A stretch of 64,000 bases of DNA from a virus: positions 18,607 through 82,606 of the IMG/VR virus record IMGVR_UViG_3300033066_001740; one strand, given 5' to 3'. Positions within the stretch are counted from its first letter, which is position 1, and the number at the start of each line of letters is the position of its first letter. The notes beneath the pieces were generated by a model that did no database searches, had not been told where the DNA came from, and saw only the letters and a list, made by a program, of their open reading frames with translations. This document shows, piece by piece, positions 8,509 through 18,212 of the stretch. The position numbers and the translations under genes are program-made.

Positions 8509-9225
8509 TTATTGTTTATAGGTCTTGTTATTTACAATGTACCAAATAATTGGTTGAGATACCCCATATTTATTGGCTATCTCTTTTTGAGAAAAGTTTC
8601 CAGTGGCGTATTCTTCTCTAATGAGCAATACTTGTTCTTTAGTTAATTTAGCCTTTGGATGCTTTTCTCCAACTAATTTTTTATGAGAATCAGACATTTT
8701 CTTTTTTGTAATTTCTGATTTACACTTGTTTATTTGTTTATTTTTGATCTTTTCTTTCGTTTTATCAGAAACTTCATGTCCAAACAATGCATTACTTACT
8801 TTTTCTTTCCATTCTTCTGAATGTGGATTCAGTTTACCTATGTTACTTTCAGAAATCTTCTTTCTCGAATTTTCTGAATGATGCTTACCATACATAGGTT
8901 GTTGTTTGGTAGGTAATCCAGTATTCCAAGCAGTTTCACCACCCGGAGCTAAGTTATACCCTTTCTCTGGATTACGACTGTCGTACTGAACAATAAGTTG
9001 CTTTTCAGATTCATTAGCATCATCAGGCAATTTACATTCAGCTATTACTTCGAATAGGAAGTTTTCAATTCCATACTTATTCATGGCATTGTGTATATAT
9101 TGTTCAGGCTTTCTCCTAGAGAGCCATTTATGATCAGACCATCGGCGACCGGAATTTACAGTCTGACCAATATATACTTTATCACTTAACAAGTTAGTTA
9201 TTCTATACAAGTAGATTTTTCTCAT
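8509..9225 (-). CDS. GIY-YIG homing endonuclease with NUMOD3 repeats and C-terminal HTH
   Basis: IYLYRITN...KVYIGQT; GYNLAPGG; YGKHHSENSRKKIS. Confidence 0.92.
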   Translation of the reverse strand: MRKIYLYRITNLLSDKVYIGQTVNSGRRWSDHKWLSRRKPEQYIHNAMNKYGIENFLFEVIAECKLPDDANESEKQLIVQYDSRNPEKGYNLAPGGETAWNTGLPTKQQPMYGKHHSENSRKKISESNIGKLNPHSEEWKEKVSNALFGHEVSDKTKEKIKNKQINKCKSEITKKKMSDSHKKLVGEKHPKAKLTKEQVLLIREEYATGNFSQKEIANKYGVSQPIIWYIVNNKTYKQ

Positions 9226-9250
9226 GTTAACATGAGATGTTATTACCAGA

Positions 9251-9826
9251 TTAAGAAAAAAGTAACATGGTTTTTATTTTATTGAGTGCAATTTTAGGAT
9301 GAGAAAAATCTAATTTCACAAGTGGAAAATCTGATGTATCATGTTCAGACATGAGTTCATCAACTTTGTGTTTGGAAACTAGCATTTTGTCAGAATAATA
9401 AAGTAAGGTAACGCTGTAATTGTGTTTGCCATCACTTAGTATGGCATTCTCTTTATCTATTCCTATATTATAGATCTTACCAGAACGAACATCTAAAGTA
9501 CATGAAGAACTAACCATAAAGGTAGTTAAACACTTTTCGCAAACAGAAACTACATTAAATGATAGTTCCGGCGCCTTTTCTTTGAAAGAAGTGGAAAAAG
9601 AATTATTTATACCATCAATATCATATTGAGCTTTATGATTTTTCAATTTGAGAGATGGTATAGTCATAAGAACAGAAATCGAAACGATTTGTTCTTTTTT
9701 TGACCAATCTTCTATTTCAACGCCCTGAGAATCAGAGTTTATAGTTATAGCTCTGCATATATCTTGACATATAGGACAAAAAAGGCACTGCGCCCAAAGT
9801 TCTTGAAAGGTGTTGAATATTTTCAT
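9251..9826 (-). CDS. hypothetical protein with C-terminal tag (KIKTMLLFS)
   Basis: ORF; CxxC motifs. Confidence 0.7.
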   Translation of the reverse strand: MKIFNTFQELWAQCLFCPICQDICRAITINSDSQGVEIEDWSKKEQIVSISVLMTIPSLKLKNHKAQYDIDGINNSFSTSFKEKAPELSFNVVSVCEKCLTTFMVSSSCTLDVRSGKIYNIGIDKENAILSDGKHNYSVTLLYYSDKMLVSKHKVDELMSEHDTSDFPLVKLDFSHPKIALNKIKTMLLFS

Positions 9827-9847
9827 ATTACTATGCACAGGTAAAAT

Positions 9848-10420
9848 ATGTCCTACAAAAAAGTATTAGAATTAGCCGATAAGTTTGCTCAAAAGACATC
9901 AGTCTTAGGTCATGACCAAGAAAGACTGCTCCAACAAGGCGGGATACAAGAATTCTTTGAACAATTCAAAAGACATCTTAGATCCTATATCAATGAGATG
10001 GATGGAGACCATATGTCATTACGCATTATGGGATATCCTCGCCCCAAACTCAAAGAACTTGCCGCCATACACCAAGGATTAATAGAAAAAGCAAATAGAT
10101 TAAACGACCAACAACCCTTGGAGACTGTCCAAGAAGCTGTCAATTTTATTTTCGCCAAATCTACTAGAACACTAATAAACTCTTTGGAAGAATCTATTCA
10201 GCATTTCTTAAAGCATAATCAGGTTGATTTTGCCCCTGGAGCAGGACTTACTCATGTTAGAGTTGAAAGTTTAAGAAATATTATTGCTCTTGCTACACAA
10301 GCCCAAGCATTTCTAAATGCTCAACCATCAACACCCACTGAAACAAGCTTGAACGTAAAAGAAGTATACAATCCAGCCTATAATCAACAAGGTGGAACCA
10401 AAGTAGATGTTAAGAAATAA
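9848..10420 (+). CDS. hypothetical protein (only clear plus-strand gene)
   Basis: 190 aa ORF fills the gap between minus-strand genes without overlapping them. Confidence 0.8.
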   Translation: MSYKKVLELADKFAQKTSVLGHDQERLLQQGGIQEFFEQFKRHLRSYINEMDGDHMSLRIMGYPRPKLKELAAIHQGLIEKANRLNDQQPLETVQEAVNFIFAKSTRTLINSLEESIQHFLKHNQVDFAPGAGLTHVRVESLRNIIALATQAQAFLNAQPSTPTETSLNVKEVYNPAYNQQGGTKVDVKK

Positions 10421-10897
10421 TCACTTACTTGGGAACAATGACGGCTGTGATTGAAACAAACTATTCCACAAATCTCTAGTCGAAACTGGAGGTGGTGGAG
10501 CTGGAGGCGGAGCCGGTACAACTGGTGCCGCAACAACAACTACTGGTTGTGGCGCAGGGGCATTGATTACCAAAGGTGGCATAGCCGAAGACTGTGCTCT
10601 CTTTTGAGCATCATACTTAGCATCCAAATCCCAAGAATCTGCTAAAGGATGGTATAACAACGCATCAGTTTTTGTACCATCTGCCAGTGTCACAGTAATT
10701 GGAGTGCGGGCATAGCCAGCCGTCTCGATTTCACTAGTAAATAATGAACGGACAATATCTCTTACAGCACGATGACGAGCAAATGGAGCTGTTACTTTAA
10801 CCACATTGCTTACATCAAGTGCCGTGAACAATACCTGATTTTTGACAAAATCTTGAACTTGTTCTAATACGATATCTTCTAACTGTTTCATTTTCAT
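10421..10897 (-). CDS. hypothetical protein with Pro-rich linker
   Basis: ORF. Confidence 0.75.
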   Translation of the reverse strand: MKMKQLEDIVLEQVQDFVKNQVLFTALDVSNVVKVTAPFARHRAVRDIVRSLFTSEIETAGYARTPITVTLADGTKTDALLYHPLADSWDLDAKYDAQKRAQSSAMPPLVINAPAPQPVVVVAAPVVPAPPPAPPPPVSTRDLWNSLFQSQPSLFPSK

Positions 10898-11325
10898 TCT
10901 CCTTTTAATTCTTCTCTGACTTCCATTAATAGCTTACCTAGCATATTTTTCCCGGAGCCATCCTTACCGCAGCCCCAATAATAATCGATGGGAGAATCCT
11001 CAATCAATTCTTCATCGCCGGTGGCGAGGAGCTGATCCCTGATATCTTTGTGTTGTAGGAACTTGGCTACCAAACATTCTTTCATTACAATGTCTTTAAC
11101 CTCATCCCAATCTGGACGTAAAGTTACTTTTTGTCCTAATAGCCTAGCTTCATTAGAACCGCCAGCTTGCCAAATAACATCTTGTTCAGCCTTATCAAAG
11201 GTTTTCATAGCTTGATAAGGGGCTTCAACACAATTCCACCATCTTCCATAGACAAAAAATCTATGACGAGAATAATTGCTCATGTAACCATGAGGATCTT
11301 TTATTTTGTAAAACTTGATTGCCAT
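10894..11325 (-). CDS. NADAR (YbiA-like) family protein
   Basis: GYMSNY...VEAPYQAMK...RPDWDEVK...KFLQH...LLATGDEELIEDSPIDYYWG...GKNMLGKLLMEVR. Confidence 0.95.
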   Translation of the reverse strand: MAIKFYKIKDPHGYMSNYSRHRFFVYGRWWNCVEAPYQAMKTFDKAEQDVIWQAGGSNEARLLGQKVTLRPDWDEVKDIVMKECLVAKFLQHKDIRDQLLATGDEELIEDSPIDYYWGCGKDGSGKNMLGKLLMEVREELKGE

Positions 11326-11326
11326 A

Positions 11327-11800
11327 TTAGTCCTTACGATAAAGGAAAGATTTAACGCCGTGTTTTTTGTCTACATATGTAGCAAAATTATTCAATACAC
11401 CATAATAGTAATCCCAATTACCGCCAGCCAAATTGCATCCAATTTTATATGGAAAAGCAATGCTTTCTAGATCGGGAATCTTTGCAATTTTCAATAAACA
11501 TTGATAGAAATATTGTTGTCTTGCAATTGTACCATCCAATTTAGATTCCGGATATTTTGGTTTACCAGGATAGTATTGAGCAAACATATTGATAACAAAT
11601 CTATTATCAATACCGTCTCCCAAAATCTTTATGGTTGCCAAAGTATCCGGCTCTGTTCTAGATTGATAAGTATCAGCGTATGGATACTTGGTGAAAATAT
11701 CCTTAGCTGTTCCGGCAGAACGTTGCGTTAAACAATTACATTGATGCGCAATATACTTTTCTTGGGAGTCCAAAAGATTTCCAGAAATGATTCCAATCAT
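11327..11800 (-). CDS. macrodomain (Poa1p-like) ADP-ribose-processing protein
   Basis: GNLL...IAHQCNC...AG.AK.I...VINMFAQY...IAFPYKIGCNLAGGNW. Confidence 0.9.
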   Translation of the reverse strand: MIGIISGNLLDSQEKYIAHQCNCLTQRSAGTAKDIFTKYPYADTYQSRTEPDTLATIKILGDGIDNRFVINMFAQYYPGKPKYPESKLDGTIARQQYFYQCLLKIAKIPDLESIAFPYKIGCNLAGGNWDYYYGVLNNFATYVDKKHGVKSFLYRKD

Positions 11801-12249
11801 ATTTTGAATTTTCTTTTCAGCCTATTAATTTCTCTAACAGCTTCTGATTTGTTCTTGGCTTTTGATTGCCTATACTGTTCAGTTTGTTTCTCTATCTTTT
11901 TCAAGTACTTAGCGTGTTTTGTTATCAAATCATGATCAGATACTGCAACCGGCTTATATCCTTGAACAAGAATATGACCATAATCCATAGTGTATGTTAC
12001 ATCTATTAGTTTTTGTTCTTGAGCAAAAGCTTCTGCTTTAGATAAAACACTCTTGAGTTTCTCTTCCAAAGAAGCGGTTGAATCGGCTTCCAGATAATCT
12101 ACCGCAAATCTTCTATAGACGGATCTAGCGTGCATGTACAGCAGCGCCTGTCTTTCATCTTTAGAAAGAACGACAATATCTTCCTTGTTTAATCTCTTAC
12201 CAAAAGCTGTTAGTATCTTATCTCTTTTAACATAATCATTTACAGACAT
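11797..12249 (-). CDS. hypothetical protein
   Basis: ORF between PARP and macrodomain genes; AGGAG RBS before MSVND. Confidence 0.7.
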   Translation of the reverse strand: MSVNDYVKRDKILTAFGKRLNKEDIVVLSKDERQALLYMHARSVYRRFAVDYLEADSTASLEEKLKSVLSKAEAFAQEQKLIDVTYTMDYGHILVQGYKPVAVSDHDLITKHAKYLKKIEKQTEQYRQSKAKNKSEAVREINRLKRKFKI

Positions 12250-12259
12250 AGTTTCTCCT

Positions 12260-13759
12260 TCATTTGACTTGTGTTTCAAACTCAATGATGTAACGCAAAC
12301 AATGCTGTTGCTCAGGTCCAGTTGGGCTGTAAGTAATCAATTCATCATTGTATACTGCTCCGCCAGCCTTAGCAAAGACCGAATGGTTAGGCGCAATATT
12401 CTTTTTGTTATAGAAGTGTGAGCCACCAGCAATCTTTTGATTTCCAAAAGCCACATCACCTAAGAATAAATAGGCGGTCTTATTGCTGCCTTGAGCCCAA
12501 TAAGATCCTTTAACATCACAATAGTTGATAGACTTGGTGCTGTTGGTAGCCCAATAAATACCATCGCCATACATAGAGCCGGCATGAACTACACCAGATG
12601 GTCTAATCAAAAGACCTTTAGTGGTGATACCAATCATGTTTGCGCGACGAGTTCCGTGCCAACCAGGACATACATTAGCCATCTTATAAATCTCTTGAAG
12701 TTCTTCTGGAACATCTGGACGAGTTTTAATCAACTTGGCATAAACTTCTGATGGAGTTTGTTTGCCACACTTTTTGGCAATCTCTTCCGCCACAGAAACA
12801 AATCTTTCCTCTTCATCCTTGCGATTGACTCTGAAAATCTTGTGAGTTTTCAGTTTGCCTAAGAACGAATGGTTGCCTGCTCTTGTACCATGTAACATGG
12901 CATCCAACCATTTCCAGGTAGGAGAATTAGGATCAACATATTCTATTCCAGCATTCAAAGTGGCATACTGCGAATCAACAGCACTTTTCTTGGACATAAC
13001 GCTTTGCACATTCTTAGCATCATTGAAAACATCAAGAATGTCAAAAGCTTTATCTAGTTTATCATCGCTATCCAAACGCAATGCATCTGCATTGATTCTG
13101 GTATACCCAAAATTGTGAGGAATATTGGAATAGTAAGAATTAGTTAATTTGTTCAGCTCAGCCGTATCTGGCTTTTTGGCATGAACAATCTTACGAGCTT
13201 CTTCTAAGATATCTTTGCCCTTAGCAATCTGATCGACAGATAATTGACCCAAAGGACATTTCTTGGTATCCAAGTTTAACTCAACGAACTCGGCGGTGAC
13301 ACCGAACCAAGTTCTTACCAAATCTTGGACTTCTGGATGAAGTTTAGAATCTTCTTTTACTTCATCGACTTTGATGCCCACTTTTTGTAAATCGGAAACA
13401 GAAACTTTTGATACTTCAACTTTTGATTTACCAACTTCCGAGCCCACATCTGCTTTAACCAATTTGACTTCAACATAACCCTTTTTGACTTTAGATTTGA
13501 TAATCTTGTCGGATTCTGTTTCAGCATGTGATTGACTATTACAAATACGATATTCTTTTGCAATAGTTCCTCCAACTCTACCGTAATTGGTATAGATTCT
13601 GGCTTCTCCACTGGAAGCAACTTGAATCTCCAAATTGTAGAACTTATTGGAGTTGTTGATAATATCAGTGAAATTGAGTGTGGTTCTTCTAACCACATCA
13701 AAATTGGCGGGGAACTTAGGTTCCGAGCCAGCGGAATAAGCAACTAACTTTTCAGCCAT
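12260..13759 (-). CDS. poly(ADP-ribose) polymerase with WGR, regulatory and catalytic domains
   Basis: NSNKFY...YGRVG...KVKKGY (WGR); PLGQLS...YYSNIPHNFG (regulatory); WHGT...GSMYGDGIYWA...KSINY...DELITY (H-Y-E triad). Confidence 0.93.
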   Translation of the reverse strand: MAEKLVAYSAGSEPKFPANFDVVRRTTLNFTDIINNSNKFYNLEIQVASSGEARIYTNYGRVGGTIAKEYRICNSQSHAETESDKIIKSKVKKGYVEVKLVKADVGSEVGKSKVEVSKVSVSDLQKVGIKVDEVKEDSKLHPEVQDLVRTWFGVTAEFVELNLDTKKCPLGQLSVDQIAKGKDILEEARKIVHAKKPDTAELNKLTNSYYSNIPHNFGYTRINADALRLDSDDKLDKAFDILDVFNDAKNVQSVMSKKSAVDSQYATLNAGIEYVDPNSPTWKWLDAMLHGTRAGNHSFLGKLKTHKIFRVNRKDEEERFVSVAEEIAKKCGKQTPSEVYAKLIKTRPDVPEELQEIYKMANVCPGWHGTRRANMIGITTKGLLIRPSGVVHAGSMYGDGIYWATNSTKSINYCDVKGSYWAQGSNKTAYLFLGDVAFGNQKIAGGSHFYNKKNIAPNHSVFAKAGGAVYNDELITYSPTGPEQQHCLRYIIEFETQVK

Positions 13760-13768
13760 ATTAACCTC

Positions 13769-14053
13769 TTATTGATCTAGTCTTTTTGCCAAATCTTCTG
13801 CATATTGAGCCAACCAACCATTAGTGTATGTCACTTCTGATTCGTCTTCGGATGCTCTAACTATTTCTTCTACTTTTCCGGCAGGTAAATGATCTCTCAT
13901 TAATTCGTATAAGAAACTAATTAAACGACCGTTCAATTTAACTTTTCCTGAACGTTCGGCGAGTTCCTTATTCTTTTCTCTATTTTTAACAGCTTGTCTT
14001 TGCGATGCTAAGTAATCATCGCATTGCTTCATCTTAACATCATCATAAATCAT
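13769..14053 (-). CDS. hypothetical protein
   Basis: ORF. Confidence 0.7.
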   Translation of the reverse strand: MIYDDVKMKQCDDYLASQRQAVKNREKNKELAERSGKVKLNGRLISFLYELMRDHLPAGKVEEIVRASEDESEVTYTNGWLAQYAEDLAKRLDQ

Positions 14054-14086
14054 GATATGATTTCAACTCTTTCTCGACAAAATATT

Positions 14087-14287
14087 TCAGTAAGACCAAT
14101 ATTTTGGGTCATCTGCATTGGGAGATTTATCCCCTTCATCATCTGCCAAAGATTGATGAATTTCCTCAATGACTTCATAATAAATATCTTTGATGTCAAA
14201 ACAATCTTTGAGTTCTTCTGGAATCAACTCAAATCTTCTGGCGGCTTCCGCTATCGCCATTTCTTTAATGACAAATTCGTCAATCAT
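14087..14287 (-). CDS. hypothetical protein
   Basis: Short acidic ORF. Confidence 0.6.
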   Translation of the reverse strand: MIDEFVIKEMAIAEAARRFELIPEELKDCFDIKDIYYEVIEEIHQSLADDEGDKSPNADDPKYWSY

Positions 14288-14585
14288 GATTCATAAGTCT
14301 TTCTAGAATTGCATTGATGCAAAAACTAATAGTTCCACCTGCCAAGGTCCATAAAATGAATTGAACCAATGACCATTCGTTATGTGGAGTAGAAAGTAAG
14401 TATACAATGTAGCCGGCATGACAGCCAGAACAGAAATAACACGAAAAGAGTTTGTAAAAGAAAACTCCCACATGTTTGTTGGTCATTAACTTGTTACGAA
14501 ACCAACTAATGATTCCCCAAGGACCCTCTGTTTCTTTAACTAAGAAGGTCAAACCAAAAATCGCCAAGATACTTAACAATGTCAT
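14280..14585 (-). CDS. membrane protein, DUF1360-like
   Basis: Hydrophobic segments; EGPW...R...LFSCYFC. Confidence 0.6.
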   Translation of the reverse strand: MTLLSILAIFGLTFLVKETEGPWGIISWFRNKLMTNKHVGVFFYKLFSCYFCSGCHAGYIVYLLSTPHNEWSLVQFILWTLAGGTISFCINAILERLMNHD

Positions 14586-14971
14586 AAGAATGCTCCAAGT
14601 TTGTTGAGTTTGAATATGACATTCTCGAAATACTTCTTGACAGAATTCTTTTTTCGTGTTTTGATTTGAGGCACATTGTTCACCAAATAAAAACAGTCGG
14701 CGATGGGAAAGTCACCCCAATCAACAGACCATATTGGTTTTGGTTCCGCCGGCACTAAACGTATGATGCTGCTTTTTCTCACATAGCATGGATACGCCCC
14801 ATTAGACATATACCATAATGGATTCTTTTTTTCTTCTCGTCTCTCTTTGGAAGAGTCTCGCATTGTAATTTCAATAGGTTGATTATTTCTAATCTGTGCA
14901 ATATACTTACGTGAACCTATTGAGGTTTCTAGATCCATTCCGCGATAACGATCAATAATCAATGTTTTCAT
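14582..14971 (-). CDS. hypothetical protein with C-terminal tag (KLNKLGAFL)
   Basis: ORF. Confidence 0.7.
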   Translation of the reverse strand: MKTLIIDRYRGMDLETSIGSRKYIAQIRNNQPIEITMRDSSKERREEKKNPLWYMSNGAYPCYVRKSSIIRLVPAEPKPIWSVDWGDFPIADCFYLVNNVPQIKTRKKNSVKKYFENVIFKLNKLGAFL

Positions 14972-15300
14972 AGAAAGCACTTCAAATTAACTAATCTTTT
15001 AGCTAAAGAATCTACTTCTTCCGCAGTTTTCAATTTTCTGCATTCAGAACCAGTAATTGGTTTAAGAAGTTCTGGCATCTCAAAAGTATTAGTTTCAAAT
15101 AATGTTTTTTGATCTTCTTTATTTCGAATGGAAACGTGCCAATTACGATGCGGATCATAGCGATAATCTTCGCATACTGTTATGGAATACAAAGAAGTTC
15201 TTAAAGTATAAGCACACCAATCGTAAGCAAAAAACAGAATTTGTAATCCATTTGCATTATAGATTTCTTCACTTGTCATTCTTCGTACTATCCTTAGCAT
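14968..15300 (-). CDS. hypothetical protein with C-terminal tag (RLVNLKCFL)
   Basis: ORF. Confidence 0.7.
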   Translation of the reverse strand: MLRIVRRMTSEEIYNANGLQILFFAYDWCAYTLRTSLYSITVCEDYRYDPHRNWHVSIRNKEDQKTLFETNTFEMPELLKPITGSECRKLKTAEEVDSLAKRLVNLKCFL

Positions 15301-15469
15301 GAAAGGAATTTGAATTTCTTTCTTACTTCGTCAGCAACATCATAATATACGTCTTTAGCTTCAACGTAATTCTTCTCTTCGTCGGACATCTTGTCCCACT
15401 TCTTAGTTGCTTTATACATGACAATTGTTTTGAACAAACACTCTTTTGCCATTTCAATAAAAAATCTTT

Positions 15470-16285
15470 TCATATTTTCTCTGATGGAAGAATTAACAAT
15501 TCGTTTTTAGATTCCCAGTTCTCTTTCTTTCCGTTAATACAATATCTCGCGGAGAGATCTATAATCTGACAATCTTTGTACAAGGTTCTAATCTCTGGAC
15601 AATCATCATATGATAGAACCCATTTGTCAGAATTTTCCAGAAAGAGAGAAAGATCCTCATGATCTTCATGGGTCATCTTCTCTGTATAAAGAGCATCACC
15701 CTTTACATAATACGGAGGGTCCAGGTAAACAGGATAATTTCCATTCAAAAACACTTCGCAGTTATGAAAATCATCACCCGACACGGTTGTTCGATCAAGC
15801 AATAGCGCTCTGCAAAACAATATCTTATCATTCAGCTTCTTGGCATTGTATCTGCAATCTACCGTGTACTTACTCTTCTGCTCCTTACCACCAATAGGTC
15901 CGCCATAGGAAATACCCGAGAAGGTAGTCCTATTGAAGAACAGGGCTCGGTAAGCCGCCTCGACATCATCCTTTGCCGGCTCTTCACGTAATTTATAGAA
16001 TAGTTTCAAGGTCGGAGTGACTGCCACTAACTTCTGTAGTTTCTCGAACTTCTCCGCATCGGAGCCGGCGACAATCTTCCAGAAAGAAGAAACCCATGGA
16101 TTCTTATCATTGGCAAACAATTGCATCTTAGGATACTTTTGAGCAACCTCTAAGAGGACCGAACCGCCTCCAACAAACAAATCAACGAAATGATCCTGTC
16201 CAACTAGAATCTTATCAAGATGCTCCATCAATACGGGCAATAATTTGTTCTTGGCTCCAGGATATCTAAATGGTGTTGTAGTCAT
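15470..16285 (-). CDS. DNA adenine methyltransferase (D12/Dam class)
   Basis: PFRYPGAK, DLFVGGGSV, NDK, YLDPPY. Confidence 0.92.
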   Translation of the reverse strand: MTTTPFRYPGAKNKLLPVLMEHLDKILVGQDHFVDLFVGGGSVLLEVAQKYPKMQLFANDKNPWVSSFWKIVAGSDAEKFEKLQKLVAVTPTLKLFYKLREEPAKDDVEAAYRALFFNRTTFSGISYGGPIGGKEQKSKYTVDCRYNAKKLNDKILFCRALLLDRTTVSGDDFHNCEVFLNGNYPVYLDPPYYVKGDALYTEKMTHEDHEDLSLFLENSDKWVLSYDDCPEIRTLYKDCQIIDLSARYCINGKKENWESKNELLILPSEKI

Positions 16286-16286
16286 T

Positions 16287-16535
16287 TTACCAGAAAACTT
16301 TCATCTTAATGATTCGTTCAAACTCTTCCTGAGATGAACAATCTATCTTTTTACCCATGTACCACCATTCTTGGCACAACACAAACTCTGCTCCGTTCCA
16401 TCTTTTTCCAATATAGGCGGGACCATCTAGACGATGTGGAATAAAGTCGTCATAAAACCATGATTGATTTCCAACACCTGAAACTGTTTTATAGTGGTGT
16501 TCATCAATTTCTTCAAATTCTTTAATATCGCACAT
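16287..16535 (-). CDS. HRLDGPA-motif protein with C-terminal tag (KMKVFW)
   Basis: HRLDGPAY...EWWYMG; tandem paralog of the next gene. Confidence 0.75.
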   Translation of the reverse strand: MCDIKEFEEIDEHHYKTVSGVGNQSWFYDDFIPHRLDGPAYIGKRWNGAEFVLCQEWWYMGKKIDCSSQEEFERIIKMKVFW

Positions 16536-16537
16536 AA

Positions 16538-16783
16538 TTACCAAAACGCTTTCAATTGAATTAATCTCTCAAATTCTTCTTGAGAAGAACATTCAATTTT
16601 AGTGCCATGATACCACCATTCATGAACTTCAATGATTTCATCGTCAGCCGTTAATCCAACCATATAAGATACGGCTGGACCAGTTAAACGATGAAGTTTA
16701 TCATCGTAATACCAAGCTTCTCCAGTATTGGAAATACGATGTTTGATTCGTGAACCAACTTCACCTATTATGGATTCAAACAT
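16538..16783 (-). CDS. HRLxGPA-motif protein with C-terminal tag (QLKAFW)
   Basis: HRLTGPAV...EWWYHG...CSSQEEFERL. Confidence 0.75.
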   Translation of the reverse strand: MFESIIGEVGSRIKHRISNTGEAWYYDDKLHRLTGPAVSYMVGLTADDEIIEVHEWWYHGTKIECSSQEEFERLIQLKAFW

Positions 16784-17391
16784 CAAATCTGCCACAACTC
16801 TTCGGGTAGTTTTTCCAAATCCTCATAATAAACGGCAACCTTATTGCCTTGAAGGATTTGTTTCTTCATTGCTTTGAACAATTTTTTATCATGCAGCCAT
16901 TGTACTTTAACTAAAGCTCTCAATTCGCCACAACGACGAGGAACATTCAAAGAAACAAAACAAACATAATGGCTGTCATCACCTTTGCCGAAGATTCCAG
17001 TATCGCAATCAAACTTTCCACCATTACCAAATTGGAAAACCCAAGAACGACCAAATGCAATTTCTGATTTGATCTCTTGAGATTTAACTGCCACTCTAAG
17101 AGGAACTTCTGTTTCTTTCAAATCAGGGTCCCAATTTTTGTTTTTCTTATCATAGATATTGTAATCAGGAGCAGAAATCTTTGGATAAGCTTCCGCTAAC
17201 TTTTGGTAAACTGCTTCTTCTGCCAGTTTACCATTTCTAATATCATCCATGATTTTAGCAACGTTCATTTGATTCCTGCGAGCATATTTATCTGCACTGG
17301 AACCAACTGAATCTTGCGCGAATTTGGTACACTTCTGCAACATCTCTTCCGAGATTGCGAAGGAAGGATCTTTAATAATTGACATATTCAA
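16783..17391 (-). CDS. hypothetical protein (possible PD-(D/E)xK-like fold)
   Basis: GKLAEEAV...DPDL...VAVKSQ. Confidence 0.65.
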   Translation of the reverse strand: MNMSIIKDPSFAISEEMLQKCTKFAQDSVGSSADKYARRNQMNVAKIMDDIRNGKLAEEAVYQKLAEAYPKISAPDYNIYDKKNKNWDPDLKETEVPLRVAVKSQEIKSEIAFGRSWVFQFGNGGKFDCDTGIFGKGDDSHYVCFVSLNVPRRCGELRALVKVQWLHDKKLFKAMKKQILQGNKVAVYYEDLEKLPEELWQI

Positions 17392-17397
17392 CTTTCA

Positions 17398-18204
17398 TCA
17401 AATGAAAATGTGTTCTTCGTTACGCAATGAGCCGTAATATTTCGCCGTATTAACCTTACACTCTATGTTACGCGAGACGTGAATCCAGCAATCAGTATGA
17501 GTGTGTCCAGCTAATACAGTTACATTTCTCTTCTTACGATCCTGCATAACCTTTTCGATAGTCTTGCCAAGACGTAGATTGACATTGTAAGGAAGCCAGA
17601 AATTCTCAAAAATTGTACCGACATTTCTGGTAGCTTCTTTCCATGGTGGCACGTGGGTCAGAATGTAAATCGTCTTGTAATCCAGCGCAAGGGCTGTTTC
17701 CAATTTTTCTTCAATCTGCTCGCACGCCTTATCTGCCAATGCTTTGAAAGCCTCGATTCTAGCTTCCATAGTTGGCAAATCACGCAAGTCTTTAATCAGA
17801 AACCAATCGGGGGTTACCTTCAAATAACTTGGCTTACCATTACTGGCATCATACCAGCCCTCTGCACCAATAACTGCCACTTCATCAGTTAATGGAACAA
17901 CCCCCGCATCAGTCATCCAAATCAGATTTGGATGCTTTTCACAAAGCGCACGAATCTTTTGATGAGTTTCTTCGAAAGAAGAGAAGTGGTAATCGTGATT
18001 ACCAAGGACAAAATATATGGGACACTTCACCAAAGTAGCTAAAAGTTTCAAATCCAAACAAGTCATTAACCCATTGGAGATATCTCCTGTAAGAAAAATA
18101 GCTTTTGGATTCTCTCTTTTGATACGAGAAAGAAATCTTAACTTAGTTATAGGACCCACTTTATCTAAATGGGTATCAGTGTACCATAGATATTTGTCCT
18201 TCAT
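17398..18204 (-). CDS. calcineurin-like metallophosphoesterase
   Basis: TDTH, TGDIS, GNHD, THVPP, GHTH. Confidence 0.9.
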   Translation of the reverse strand: MKDKYLWYTDTHLDKVGPITKLRFLSRIKRENPKAIFLTGDISNGLMTCLDLKLLATLVKCPIYFVLGNHDYHFSSFEETHQKIRALCEKHPNLIWMTDAGVVPLTDEVAVIGAEGWYDASNGKPSYLKVTPDWFLIKDLRDLPTMEARIEAFKALADKACEQIEEKLETALALDYKTIYILTHVPPWKEATRNVGTIFENFWLPYNVNLRLGKTIEKVMQDRKKRNVTVLAGHTHTDCWIHVSRNIECKVNTAKYYGSLRNEEHIFI

Positions 18205-18212
18205 ACGTCTCC

